A stretch of DNA of 64,000 nucleotides from Lama guanicoe (GCA_013239625.1 MU053934.1:11697003-11761002); one strand, 5' to 3'; shown: positions 13,235 to 26,180, counted from the stretch's first letter. A program made the numbers and translations. The notes: generated by a model from the letters alone, not told the origin.

Positions 13235-13321
13235 CTGAGTCCAGAGCTCAACACAATGCCTGGCACACGGCGGGCGCCTCGGGCACATCCGTTCAGTGAG
13301 TGAGTGAGTGAATGAATGAAC
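13235..13321 (+). mobile_element. L2 3' terminus
   Basis: cacaatgcctggcacacgg...gtgagtgagtgaatgaatgaa, the characteristic L2 tail. Confidence 0.75.
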
Positions 13322-14974
13322 AGTACAAGTCTGCTTCCGCCTAGAGCGCGCGTGGCTGCAGGTGGGCCGGGGGGAGCAGCCCCTCCCTCTGAGGCCGTGG
13401 GGGCGAGCCTGATGCACAAACGCCCAGAACACGGGGACCAGGGACGAGCACCAGCCCCCGGGGAGGGTCCGTCCCCACAGGGTGGACAGACAAGGGGCTG
13501 CGCTGGTGGGTGGGCGCCGACCTCAGGGCACTGGGCCACGGGCTCGGGGGCCGGATTCCCCCCCAGTCATTGAGGGGCCCCCCACGCGGCCTCAGGGAGA
13601 CTCGCAGCGGGTGCGTCCGACAACCAGATCGACGAGGCTCGGAAGGACTTGGGGCTGAAGCCAAGACGCTGAGCTTTCCAGGTACTCGTGGGAGGGTTTG
13701 AAAACCCCAGTTTGCAGCCGTGACGCCCGGCGACAGCTTTCCTCTCCCCCGTCCCTTCCCCTCCTTCACGCCCCCACGCCCTCCAGGTCTGAGCACAGCA
13801 CTGGAGAATTAACATGAATGAATCTGGAGTTTTGGTCCCTTGGCTGTGTCCCCGGGGCGAGTGGATGGCGGGCGTTCCTGCCTTGCGTGCGTAAGGCAGA
13901 CACATTCGCCCAGATCGACAGGGCACTCGCCCCTCCCGGCTGCCTGACTCCGGGGAAGGTGGTGCCTTCTGAGCTCAGGTCTCCGTCTTCCCCGGGGTCC
14001 TGCCCGGCCCGGGCAGCAGGTGACGTGCAGAAACGCTGCACCTCCTCTCCTCCCTGACTCCAAGGGGACCTGCCCCTCGGCTGAGACGGCCCCCTCCATC
14101 TCCAAGCATCACAGCCACGTTCGGGTTGTCCTACAAGACGACACTGTCTCCTGTGTCCCTCAACTCAGATGGGTCCCTGGGTTCACAGGGGGTCCAACAC
14201 TGCAGCCAGACCATCTCTGCACGTGGCCTGTGAGGGCCTCCCCTGGACTGCTTCTCTCAGCCCTGGGGGTGGGGGCCGCCTGGGTACCAGGGGCACCTCC
14301 TCTCCTGGACCGTCCTCCTCCCAGGCTGGGCAGTGGAGGAGAGCCCGGACATCTCCCACCACCCAGCGATGCCACACCCCTGCCTAGACCAGGGGCCTAG
14401 GACATCACGGTCTGGGGACGCACAGGGACGTCCACCTCAGGGTTCAAGTGAGAGAGCAGGAGGCATTCGACCTGCGCAGGGCACACGGGTGGGCCGGGAC
14501 GTGAGAAGCCGGGGGGGCACCCGCAGGTCGGCTCCCCTCCACCGCGGCAAGCCGGCCGTTTCCCTCGGGTCTCCACCTCCCTCCCTCCCTGCTGCTGCCG
14601 CCGGGGCTGGGGCCGGGGAGGTGACTGCTCTGCCGGGGTACCACAGCCCTGGAGGGAGGACAGACTGAAGGCAGACAGACACAGAAAGGCACGCAGTCAG
14701 GAAGGAAATGATGTGCACTGGGAACTTTCAGGAGCCGTCCTGGGCCGGAGCCGGCTGAGGGCGCCTGCTGAGGGCGCAGGCGGTCGGCCTCCAGGAGAGC
14801 GGCTGGCCCTGCGCTCGGACAACGCGGCGGGTGGCCCGCGTGTCTCCCAGGCCTCCTTGCTCCCGCCCGCAGACCACTCAGGGTCCTCCGGCGTCTGTCC
14901 GTCAGTTTACCCGGGGACAAGACCCCAGCCCGGGCCCTGGCCCTGCCTCTGCGGGACGGAGCCGCTTACCTGAG

Positions 14975-15150
14975 TTCACTAATGGTGGTCATAAATTCCC
15001 GGCCAATCACGTAATGAGATTTAATATTTGATGTCAGATGATTAGAATATAATGAATTTGCCACTTTAATATTGATGAATAATCAGTCCTATTAAGGCCA
15101 TGGGGACAAGAATTTAGTGCAAAGAGAAAATTAATTGCTGAGTTAACAGC
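14975..15150. promoter_or_regulatory. AT-rich homeodomain-motif island, candidate conserved enhancer
   Basis: TAATGG, GTCATAAA, CCAAT, TAATGA x2, TGATTAG, TAATCA and AATTAATT within about 170 bp in GC-rich flanks; no repeat similarity recognised. Confidence 0.5.
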
Positions 15151-16359
15151 ACGTGTCCCTTGGCGAGATGGCCTGTGACACCGACTCGCTTCATGGCGCA
15201 GCTTTCTGACCTCCCGCGGCAAAGTCTGACCAACACGTCTTATCTGGGTTATAAAGTGCAGCTTTCTTCTGAGGAAGACGGGGGAGGTGGAGATGTGTTC
15301 TAGAAAGACTCAAATGGAGCAGAGCAACGGTCGTTTTCAGGGACGGACCTGTGTCCCCAGGTCCCTGTGTCCAAGGCCCAGGGAGACTGTGTCTGGAGAC
15401 GGGCCCCTGAGGAGGTGACGAGGTTAACGAGGTCATGAGGGTGGCCCGACCCCGTGAGACTGGTGTCCTCGGAGGAACAGGAGGAGACAGCAGAGCCCTC
15501 TCTCTGTGGGGAGGCTGCGGGGGGTGGGGTGAGACCCCCACGTGCAGCGGGAGGCAGGACGTGTCCCGGCAGTGACGTAAGACTGAGAGAGGGCCCCTGT
15601 CAGCGTGTGACTCCAGGGAGCTCCGGTTCACTCAGGTGTAAACGGAGCGACACCCAAACCCCCAGGGCGTCCCTGTGACGTGGGGACGCAGCAGCCACGG
15701 GGGACCTGACGGGTGATTTCCTTTGCAATCAGGAAATCAAAGTCCCAGCCGAAGGTCCAGAGGCCCGTCCCGTCCAAGGTGTTTCAGCAGGACGCGTGGG
15801 GCTTCCCCGACGGGGAGGGAGAGGCTGCCCAGAGCAGGACGGGGGGTCCTCCCAGACGCACGGCCTCCGTCCACCTGGGGGGCAGCAGCCTGGGATTCGC
15901 ATGGGCCGCCCGGAGCCAGCGGGCTCAGACCGGTCTCCTGTTCCCGAACCGTCTCAGCCTCTGGCTCCCACCCGCGGACCCGAGCGCACGAGCGGCCTTC
16001 TCGCTGCTCAGGCAGGGCTGTGCCAGCTCACCGCTCCCAGGCACCTCTGGTTTTGGCTTCGGGACGTCTGTCACCAGAGTCAGTGCCGGAGGCCCGGCCC
16101 CGTCACCGGCCCTGGGGCAGGCTCCCTGCTGAGGCCGTGGGGACCCCTAGCGGCCGTCTGGTCCTGGAGCACGTGTCCCAGGGAGCCTGCGGGTCCGGGG
16201 TGCAGACGGGCAGAAAATGGCTCTGTTCGCATCAGATAGTTTTCAAATCCTGTTGCCTAAGTGTGGGTCCCAGGAACCCGCCTGATTTATGAGCTTCTAG
16301 AAAATCCACGTCAAATTCACGTTCGCGCCCGGGTCTGCTAAGCACCGACAGGCGGCAGG

Positions 16360-16785
16360 TGTGGTCGGCTGAGGCACGTCCCCTGAAAAAGACGTGTACA
16401 AGTCCAAACCCCCAAGCCCTGTGAGTGAGACCCGTTTGGAAGCAGTCTCTGCAGGTGTGATCGGGTCAGACGAGTCTCACCGGCTTAGGGCGGGCCCAGT
16501 CCCATAGGACCCGTGTCCTCATAAGAAGAGGGATCTCTGGACACGGACACCCGAGGACAAGGCCATGTGCTGACAGAGGCAGAGACGGGAGGGATGTGGC
16601 CACAAGCCAGGGGCACCGCGATCGCTGGGCCCCCGGGAGCTGGGAGGGGCAGGAAGGACCCCCCCCCGGGAGCCGGGGAGGGCGCGCAGCCCCGGAGCTG
16701 GGGTGGGTGGTTTGTACCATCTACGGCTTTGCAGCATCTACGGCTTTGCAGCATCTGTTACAGCCGCCCGAGGAGACAGCCAGCT
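16360..16785 (+). mobile_element. MLT1 (ERVL-MaLR) solo LTR
   Basis: tgtggtcggctga...gtgtcctcataagaagagg...ggccatgtgctgacagaggcagag...ccacaagccaggg...tgttacagccgcc, typical MLT1B/C layout. Confidence 0.85.
16718..16756. repeat. 17-bp tandem duplication catctacggctttgcag inside the MLT1
   Basis: Two exact copies plus a partial catct. Confidence 0.9.
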
Positions 16786-17449
16786 TCCGGGGACCGTCCA
16801 GGGAACGAGGACCCCCACGTCCAGAATTACTTAAGATGGTTGTTATTTGAAATTTGAGCCAGACAAGCTCCTGCTCAGGTGAATCCCACCAGCCTGCAGA
16901 CACATGTCTAACATGTGAACGGGGGTCTCACCAGTGCCCAGACTCGAGGTCCAGGGGCCCAAATGCCGTGTAAGAGGCGGCTCTTCTCACCGAGGCTGGG
17001 GGTCGGCTGGGTCACCCCCAGCTGTGACACCGTCAGCCCCGGGCTCAGGCCACCAATCCAGCCTCCACGGCGGCCCCAGCCCAGGGAAGCCCCAGAAGAC
17101 ACGTATGTACCTAGTCCTCAGCATGTTACCAACGGCTTCCGTGTTTAATTCTTCTGGTGTCCGTGTTCTCCCCACTTTCCTTTATGATTTCTTTTATTAT
17201 TTCTACACTTGTAATGTTCTTTCGCCTCCAGTGGTTTGATAAATATTTGATTCATTCTTTATACTGTTTCTTTCAAGTTTTAAGCTTTGATTTGTTAAAT
17301 CGCTGTAGACGGTGCATCTGGAATTCACTGCAGGACCGGGTCGGGCTGTGAGCCGTCAGCCCGGCAGAGGGGAGGGGGCTCAGCCTCCGCGTGGTGGCCG
17401 GATGCAGCTCTGTCAGCGTCCTCCCCATCCTCCTCCGGATAACGTGCAG

Positions 17450-17552
17450 GCGTGTGCACACACAGATGTGTACGCCCACCCACCTGCACACAGACACGCG
17501 TGTATACACACGCACATAGACGTGTGCAAGCACAGCATGCGTGCGCACACGC
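17450..17552. repeat. Degenerate (CA/TG)n purine-pyrimidine tract
   Basis: gtgtgcacacacagatgtgtacg...cacgcacatagacgtgtgc. Confidence 0.7.
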
Positions 17553-17727
17553 TCAGGCTCCGGCGGGTGACAGCAGCCATCACTGCGTGTGGCGATATGC
17601 ACGTCCCCAGTCACAGAGCCCGGCTGCTTTTGCTGTGTGCTCCAGCTTCCTGTCTGTGTCCCCTTTCCGGCTAGTGGCTCCAAACTCGTCTTTTACCTGA
17701 AATTCACAAAAAAGTACACTTTGGAGA

Positions 17728-17913
17728 AACAGTTCTCAACTGGGTCACTTTGCTCCCTCGGGGACGTGGCGATGCCTGGAGCCACTCCTGACCATCACGA
17801 ATCGGGGGGTGCTACTCTGTCTGCTCACGTCTGGGGGCGCTGAACCCCCCGGACACACAGGGCAGCCCCTCACCACGGCTGTCTCTCCTCCACTGCGAAG
17901 CTTGACAAAGCCC
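17728..17913 (+). mobile_element. MER20 (hAT-Charlie DNA transposon)
   Basis: cagttctcaactggg...ggggacgtggcgatgcctggag...ggggtgctact...cacagggcagcccc...ttgacaaagccc follows the MER20 motif order. Confidence 0.75.
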
Positions 17914-18769
17914 ACTGGTGATTAATTAGCTGTAATGTTTGAGATGCTCAAAGTTAGGCAAAGCAGGAAAGACACAAGACGTGTTTGCTGCAAAGCACTG
18001 AGATGAGTGTTCGCGCGTCAGCTTGGATGAAAGGCTGGGGTGTGACTCACAGGAACTAGCAGTGAAGGTGTCATGAAACACATCTGTTTCGGAAGAACCA
18101 GCCCCTCCCCGTTCGCATGCTGTAAACCGAGGGGAGCAGGCTGAGGCGGCCGAGTGCCCGCGAAACAGCCCCCGTTCCCCTCCTTCCCTGAGCCTGCCCT
18201 GCAGGCGGTGGGTCCAGGGCAGGTGATGTGCTGGCTGCCCTGGTCTCCCGGGAGGAAGGAGCCTTCCCCTGGCCAGGAGGCCGGAACGTCACCATGGCTG
18301 GCGTTGGAGGCGGGAGGGAGGACCCAGGTCCCCAAAGGTCAGTCCGGAAGAGCTGCCGACTGGGGATCGCCCCCCCCCGACCCCCGGGTAATGAGGAAAC
18401 GCCCTCCTGGGGGACAGCCCACAGCGAGGCTGCATCCGCGCCCTCGGACTGCCCCGGGGCAGCGGGCGGAGAGTGTGGGCCACTGGGGACCAGCCCGGGG
18501 ACCAGGCGTGGCCGCACATCCCTCCCCGTGTGCAGACCACAGCCTCAGAGGGTCTCAGACAGGACCCACCCTCTCGGAACCTCGGCCGGCCGGGGTGGCT
18601 GTGGGCGGGGTGCACGTACGGTCTGGGTTCTGACAATCAGTCACATCGCGAGCTCGCGTGACACGTGGCCGGTTCCCTGGGCATCTCGGGGCACCGCACC
18701 TGCGGCCACCACGTCTCCCCACGCCCGTCCCTGGGGCCTCTGCTGGCCCCAGAGATAGAACTTTCTTTC

Positions 18770-19230
18770 ATTTCTTGATTTATTAAACTTTTTTAAACCT
18801 TAGGACAGTTTCGGATTTGCTGAGAAGTTGCCAAGACGGCACAGTATCCTCCGCCCCAGTCCCCCGCTCGCCGGCCCCTCGGGTGACTTAGTGACACTTG
18901 TTGCGATGAATGACATCAGCACGTCAGCACGCCGTCACGGACTGAGTCCCCAAGCTGCGGGGTTTCCTGCGTTTTCACCCGGTCATGTCCCTTTTCCGCC
19001 CCAGACCCACCCAGGGCACATGAACCAGCCGTCTCGTCTCCTCGGCTCCCTCTGCCCGTTTCTCGGATTTTCCTCGGTTCTGGTGGCCTGACAGCTTTCT
19101 GGACAACTGGTCGGGAACCTCGCAGGGCGGCTCTGCCCAGCATTCCGGCCACTTTTCCCACGGTTAGAGCGAGGTCATTGGTGCTGGAGGCAGGTCGCAG
19201 AGGCCAAGGAGGGACACGCGCCCTCACGGG
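18770..19230 (-). mobile_element. L1MC-like 3'UTR fragment, GC-shifted
   Basis: ggacagtttcggatttgctgagaagttgccaagacggcacag...atgtcccttttccgccccagacccacccagg...gtttctcggattttcctcgg...tgacagctttc. Confidence 0.7.
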
Positions 19231-22200
19231 GAAACCACCGGTGCTGACAGGAGGGCTCTGCAGGTGGGGACGGTGTTTCCTGGCCCCGCAGCACCCAAGG
19301 CTGAGGTGCCGTGTCCCGTGGGCTCAGAGAGGGTCCCGGCAGACGGCCAGGGCTGGTCACGAGGGAGTGGCCGGGCCGGACGCAGGCTCCACTCACCGTC
19401 CCACTGTGATACCTGGCGGTCACCCCGCCACCTGTGCAGGGGCCTGGGCCCCTGGGCTGTTTCTCTCTTGAGACCGTGGAGGGCGGGGCTGTCACAGCAC
19501 AATTGTCACTCTTGTGTCCGGTGGAGTCTTTCCCGACGTCACTGTCACCCCCGCTCAAACCTCAGGGAACGCCCTGGAGGGGTGAGGACGCGTAGGCACC
19601 TCCCCCTCCCGAGGCACGGTTCTGTTTTGGAGAAAGCTGGGCTCTGTCCCCTGAATTTCCTCCAGGAAAAGAAGTGCAAATCAAATCCAGGCGAGGTGCT
19701 GGGGTCCCATGACCCCTCTGGGTCTGTGATGAGCCAGCTGGGCAGTCCCGGCCGCGGGTCAGAGCAGGGCCGTGGGGAGGACGGAGGACAGCGGTCACTG
19801 AGCTACCGCAGGTCGCCTGGAAATGTGGCTGGGGCCACGTCCTGGGAGGTCCTGCTTCCTGAGAGTGGACGCAGGGCTGCAGACCGTCGGGGTGGGAGGC
19901 TGCCGTTCTGTTACAAGCCCATCCCCAATCTCTTCCTGCAGAGTTCTTTGGTGTGGAACACAAATCAGTAAGTAAGTAAGAGACGCAGCTGGGTGTCCGT
20001 CATCTCGGTCGCTGGGACCAGGTGATGAAGTTTCGAGCAAAGGCCACACGAAGCGTCTGAGCCGCTGGTTCTTCCAGAACTGATGCCTCAGTTTCACTCG
20101 TTTCCAGTCAAGATTCCGAGGGACTGGGCAGGACGTGACAAAGTGATCCTGGCGGTCTGTTGGGAAAACAAGCAGGCTGAGCCCCGACGATGGCCTTGAG
20201 CTCACGGGCGTGGCTGGGTGTCAGCCTCCCTGCGGCCAGAGGGCTCCCCCTGCGTGCGGAGGTGCTGCCCACGGCGTCCAGAGACCCCACGGAGCTCGGG
20301 GTGAAGGCTGCATGCTCAGGGTGCTTGTGAGGTCCTGCACGGCCAGGAGCCAGCTGACCACCCCACCCCGCTCCACTCACACCCAACGTCTTCACCCCCC
20401 AACCTCCACCAGCACTGCACCCACGGCGCCCCCCACCCTCCCAGCAGAACCAGATCCAAACCACAGCTGCCTCCTCACCGCCACCCTCTCCTCCCACATG
20501 GGGTCAAGTAAATACAAATCTGGATGAGATGATAGTCAGGACCTGGGACACCCCCAAAACCCAGCAGGAAGAGCCTCCCTGGGCGCTCAGCAGGGCCGGA
20601 GCACGGCCTGGGCGCTGCGGCAGGAGTGCGCCTCCCGTGGCCACACGTCCTCAGGATGAGCTGACTGGCGGGGGCGGGGGGCGTTCTGCCTGAGTCCCGC
20701 CCTGACTCCCGTCCAGGGAGAGGAGCCTGGCTGCCGTGACCCCTTCCTGCAAGACCACGGCCACCTGGAACCAAGAGTGACCCATGGAGGAAGGGCAGGC
20801 CCCTTCGCGGGCTCAGGAGGCATGACTGAGGCCCGGGACTCCTGGGCGGGCTGGCACTCGGCTGGGGGCGCGGGGCAGATCTACATACTGGCTTGAAGGA
20901 AGGGAGAATGTTTGGGGAAAATAAGGCACATTGACCTAGAGAGAACTAGGAGACGCGGCTTCGTCTATAAGCCCGAGTGTCAGGACACGTCCCCGTCGGA
21001 GCCGCAGGGGCTTATGCTGACGGCGGCCCCAGTGGGCCTGCGGTCTTCCGGGTCACCCTGGGCAGCTCCATGGGACAACGCAGGCGTCCAGAGCGCTGCG
21101 GCTGCCGCCCAGCAGCCCAGGCCGAAAGCAGAGCAGCTTGCCCTCACCGCGGGGACGCAGGGCGTCGGTTCTAGTTGGCACTGCCAGCCCTGAGGCAGCC
21201 CTTCGTGTCTCACGGGCCGCCTAACAGCCGCCAGCGCCCCGCCACATCGGGCTCCAGCCGAATTGCTCCGCACAGCCTCCAGGGTAAACAGCCGGTGAGT
21301 GGCGGCCGGGCCCCCGGCCCGGCCTTGCTCGGGGGCGTCTGCGGCCAGACCGCTGATCCAGCGGAACACCGACCACGTCGGCAAGACGATCAGTCGACCT
21401 GGTGATTTGCCCCGAAAGCTGCCTCGCCCTTCACTCCAGGCTGCGGCGCCCAGAGTCCTCCGGGAACGCCCAGCCGCCCCGAGTCGGCCCGAGTCAGCCG
21501 TCTTCAGAGCTGCCGCCAAGGGAGCAGGCCTCAGAGAAGTCTGCCCGGCCCCGCCTCTGCCCGGTGCCGGGGGCGCATGCCCGCCGCTCCGCCTGGCCAG
21601 CTGCGCGGCCCCACCGCCCGGCCCCACCTCCGCGGCTGGAGCGCACGGTTGCTCTCGGCTGCTGCCTGATGTGGCCCCAAGTTAGAGGCTCATCCCGGCT
21701 CACAGCCTCGCGGTTCTGTGGGTGCTCGCAGCCGGTCCTCATCTGCGGCTCCACCAGGCGAGGAGGTGACCCCGAGCTCCCTCGAGTTCCAGGAATAATC
21801 TGCTTGCCCGGCTGCAGCACGAGGCCCTGGCTCCCCGAGGCCCTGGCTCCCCGCCGGCTCTGCCCCAGGTCGCCCTCGGCTCCTCGAAGCCGCCCCACCT
21901 CCAGCCACGGGGCCGCGTCCCTCTCACAACGTGACAGGCTCCTCCCGAGACAGCAGTGAGGACACGGGAAGATGGCTCCCGCGATGGCGTAACCCAGTCA
22001 CAGGGGTGACACCTCCCCTCCCCACGCTCCACCCGGAGCTGTGGGCCACCTTCCCCACCCACCCAAGGGGAGGAAGTGCCAGGGCACCGTCACCGGGAGG
22101 CGGGGACCGTGGACTCTGTCCCGGCACAACTCAAGAGCAACCGCAGGGAACACGGCCACAACCCAACAAGCGTCATTTTTAGAAACGGGCGGCAGGCTGG

Positions 22201-24689
22201 GCTGAGGGCCAGATTCGGGGCACACCTTTGAGAATAACAATCAACTATGAGAATGGGCTGATCGGCCCTTCTGTTAGTAGCAGGTGGGTTATAACTGCAG
22301 CCACGAAGTGATGCGCTTATCAGGCTAGACAGACAGGAAGCAGGTGTCGGTTCTGTTTTTGCCCGAGGGCATGGAAGGACAGGAAGGCTCCCGATGTCAC
22401 ACCCGGCGTTTGTGACACTGCCGGGAACAGAGCCGGTCGTGCGAGCGCTCCCGGGGACCCTCGCTGGTCCCTTAGCTGGAGCCGCTCTGCCCGGGCCCCG
22501 CCCCCGGGGCTGCGGGCTGCTCTTCGAGGTCTCCTGGGCCTTGTCCGTCCTCACTTCCCTCCACTTGGCGGAGCCCCCCTTCCGTCTCAGTCTCCTACGT
22601 CTCAGGCGCCGACCCATCTCACTGTCACGTCAGCTGGTGCGTGAACACGTCCCCGGTGGGGAGGGAAGGCAGGACTCGGGGAAGGAAGATTTGGACGACA
22701 GGCCCCCACCATCGAAAACCCGTGACGGTCTTGGCTGATTCGGGTGGGAAATGAAAAGCACGAACTCTCAACCTGGCGAGACACAGATTCAAGTATTTCC
22801 ATTCTGAAAGCAATCCGCCAGCCGGGGAGCGAAGCGTGGGCTCAGGCCCGCCGCTTCGTACCAACAATTCTTCTCTCCTGGCCCCGCTGTAGGGGCAGGG
22901 CCCCAGGTCTGGCTCTGCTGGGGAGGGACGCCCGTGGACGGAGAGCTTCGCTCCAGTGCCCAGTGCCCGCCCACATGGTCCTGAGATGCAGGGCCCTCCC
23001 GCCAGGGCCCGTTCGTGCGCCGTGGGGCATTTTGCTGTTGACTCATTAGCAGATTGGCTGGCTGTCCCTCGGGGCCGGGCTGCCTGCGGAGGCGGAGGAA
23101 GCCCCGTCCGCCCCACCTCACAAGCCCTGCCGCTGCCCCCCCTCCGCCCCCAAGGGAGTCTCTGCTGGAGGGGTCCGCCCGCCCGCCGGCCCGTCCCCCT
23201 CAGACGCGTCAGAGGTCCTCAGCTTCCCCAGCCTCGCGCTGCCCGCCAAGTGCATCCCGGGTCTCAGCCCCTCTGGGCCCAAGTGGCTCCAACCTCTGCC
23301 ATTCCCTGAGGACTTTTTCGATTTAACTTCTGAAATAATAGGTGGCTTCTGAGTCTTTTCAAATGACACAGATTATTTCTTCTGCTAATTATCCTGGAGA
23401 AAAGAGATGAGGAGGCAGGAAAGCTGTTGGAAAGAGGGGACCTGGCCCCCAACTACGAAGGGCCCTCAGGCAGGATGACCCAGGAGGCTGCCTGCGAGGA
23501 CCGTGCTCCTAACAGAAGAGGCGGCCGTGCACCTGTGCACAGGAGCACCCGACCAGGCTGGCTGGGGGAAGCCACTTGGTGACTCAGGGGCTTGCGTCAT
23601 CCGAGCCCGAAGAAAACACCGGTGTCAGGGCCTCGCACCCCTTTCCCGGCCACCGGCAGAGCTGCTGAGGCTCCGAGCCCAGAGTGCGGTGGGACGGGGA
23701 GTGGCTGGTCCCCGGCCTGCCTCGCTCAGGCCAGGGTTGCCATGGAAACTCCGCAGGCTCCTCAGAGAATTCCCCGGTGGTCTAATTTGAAGCTGCGAAT
23801 CACCAGTAAACACCCAAGTAAAATAACCTCTGCTTAAAAAGAGCTGGGCTCCCATTAGCAAATTAGGTAAATGGTCTCTGAAGACGGTGCAGGACGTGGA
23901 GACAAGACAGGACAAAGGGAAGTCGACCTGTGAACTCAGAGGCAGCCCTCAGGGGGAAGACACTGGTCACTGCTCGTGGGAGAAGCCGCCATGTCCACTT
24001 CGGTGCTTGGGGGGCGACAGCAAGGCCCCTTCCCAGGATGCTCTTCTGTGACAGCCACGCCATCCACACGGGAACATGGGCAAACACTAGGGATGTGAAC
24101 GTGGAGGCAGGGCTTCCATGTCACTGATACCCACGTGTAAAAAGCAAGGCAGTGCTCCCGGCGGACACTCAATTTTACATCCAATAAGGATGCCATTTAT
24201 TCGTGGGTTTCTTCCCTAAATACATATTGAGAACCTCCTGTCGACGTGTCACAGGCTCAGAGGAGCACAGGCCCCTTTCTGGGGTGTTGGTGGAGCTCAG
24301 GGGCTGAGGGCGGGGGCAGGAGAGTGGGTCTGATGTGTGGGTGTCAGGACGCAGGCAGTGAGGAACAGCCTGTGTGGGTGGAGCCCCAGACGTCCCGGGG
24401 AGACGGGCGGGAGCTGGGACGTCCGCCACGACCAGGGTGGCATCTGTCCAGGCTTGAGGACGATCTCGGGGGACACCCGTTGTCTCCACCCCGGAGGTGG
24501 CCTGGTTTGGGTGAGAAGGTGTCGCCTTAGCCATGATGGAATTTGCCCCGGGCGTCTATTTATCTGGGCCGTACCTTTCCCTACGTTAAAAATCTCTATA
24601 AAAGAACAGAATTTAACCATTTAAAGCTTGATGTTAACAGTGGCCAGAGTCAGACTGTAAAGGCAGAATTCTAAAATTAAGCACACCGC

Positions 24690-25612
24690 CCCCACTTTTG
24701 TTATGTTTCTAAACCTGCCTGATGGACATAAAGTCGACACAGTGTCCTGCCCGGATTTGCACCGTACACGCTGCTAAGTCTCGACGTGGGTGCACACCTG
24801 TGAAAGCAGCACCACGACCCAGCAAATGAGCACGTGGTTCACCCCAAAGGTTTCCTTGGGGACCTTCCGTCCAGCTGCCGTCTGTCCCCGACGTTGGCCC
24901 GCACCGACTGGGGTGGTCTGTGAGTGACCCCCCACCGTCCGCAGCGCCCGCCCGGGTGCTGTCAGTGTGCCTCGCCGTCTGGAGACTCACCCGTGTTACC
25001 GCCTGTGTCAACACTGCATTCATGCTTCCCCTGAAAAGTGCCCCTGGCAGGGACACAAGCATTTGTTTATCTGTCCCTTTGTCAATGGACATTCGTATTT
25101 TTTTCCAGTTTTTGACCACTGCAAATGAAGCCGCTATGAATACTCATTTTCAAGTCTTTACAGGAGCAAACGATGCCGCTTCTTTCAGGGAAACCCCCGG
25201 AGCGGGCTGTGAGCAGCGGCCAGATCGTTTTCCTAAGCGGTCGTGGCATTTTCCGTTCCCTCCAGGAGCTCCCGCAGTCCTCGCCATTCGTGCGTATTTT
25301 TTTGTCTTGTTTCCTGCAACCTTTTAAAATTCACTTCTTAGCTCACTCGTTAGTTCTAGGAGCTTCTTTGGAGATCCTGTCTGACTCTGCGCAGAGGATC
25401 ATATCGTCCGTGAACAAAGACGTACTGCCTCTTTCTTTATGGACAGATTCCTTGTGCCTCTTTTCTTGCCTTATTACGTTGCCTCAGATCTCCAGCACAG
25501 AGGTGAACAGAAGTGGTGAGAACAGACACCTTTCACTTCTTCTAACCATGAGGGGGATCATTTGCTCTTTTACCCGTGAGTGTGGTGTTAGCTGTAGGTT
25601 CTTCAAAGCTGC
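24690..25612 (-). mobile_element. Old L1 (L1M/L1ME) 3' end and ORF2 fragments
   Basis: catttgtttatc...atggacattcg...gaagccgctatgaatactc (3' end), then tagttctaggagcttctttggagatcc...gaacagaagtggtgagaacagacacc (antisense reverse-transcriptase region). Confidence 0.8.
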
Positions 25613-25614
25613 AG

Positions 25615-26180
25615 ATTGGTCGGACTGAGGGTGCAGAGAAAGGGAACCCCCGTGCCCTGCTGGTGGGGTGCAAATTGGTGCAGCCACTGCGGAAAAAGTA
25701 CGGAGGTTCCTCAGGAAATTAAAAAGAAGACTACCACGTGATCCAGGAATTCCTTGTGGGGGTTTTTATCTGAAGAAAATAAGAACACTAATTTGAAAAG
25801 ACACCTGCACCCCAATGGTCATAGCAGCACTATTTACAATATCCAAGACATGGAAGCACCTAAATGTCCACTGACAGATGACTGGATAAAGTTGTGTGTG
25901 TGTGTGTATACAACAGAGTGCTACTCAGTCATAAAAAAAGAATGAAGTCTTGCCATTTGGGATACCATAGATGGACCTTGAAGGTGTTATGCTAAGTAAA
26001 ATAAGTCAGATAAATACGGCATGATTTCTTTTATGCAGAATCTAAAAACATTAAAAGTAAAAACATAAAAATAAAAAGCTCATAGATACAGAGAACAGAT
26101 TGGTGGTGGCCACAGGTGGCGACTGGGGTGGGAGAGATGGCTGAACAGAATGAAAAGGTAAAACGTTTTTTAACTAAAAA
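25615..26180 (+). mobile_element. L1 3' end (ORF2 C-terminus plus 3'UTR) nested in the older antisense L1
   Basis: agagaaagggaacccc...aaattggtgcagccact...acctgcaccccaatg...atagcagcactatttacaat...agatacagagaacagattggtgg. Confidence 0.9.

Noticed and set aside
18647..18658. Perfect 12-bp palindrome cgcgagctcgcg
   Set aside because: Short, plausible by chance, and within a probable MER3-like remnant
645..23369. Numerous 150-260 aa ORFs (for example 645-1376, 5222-6010, 12148-12930, 19264-19971, 20980-21627)
   Set aside because: They overlap in several frames on both strands, many have non-ATG starts, and none resembles a known family; expected by chance in GC-rich DNA
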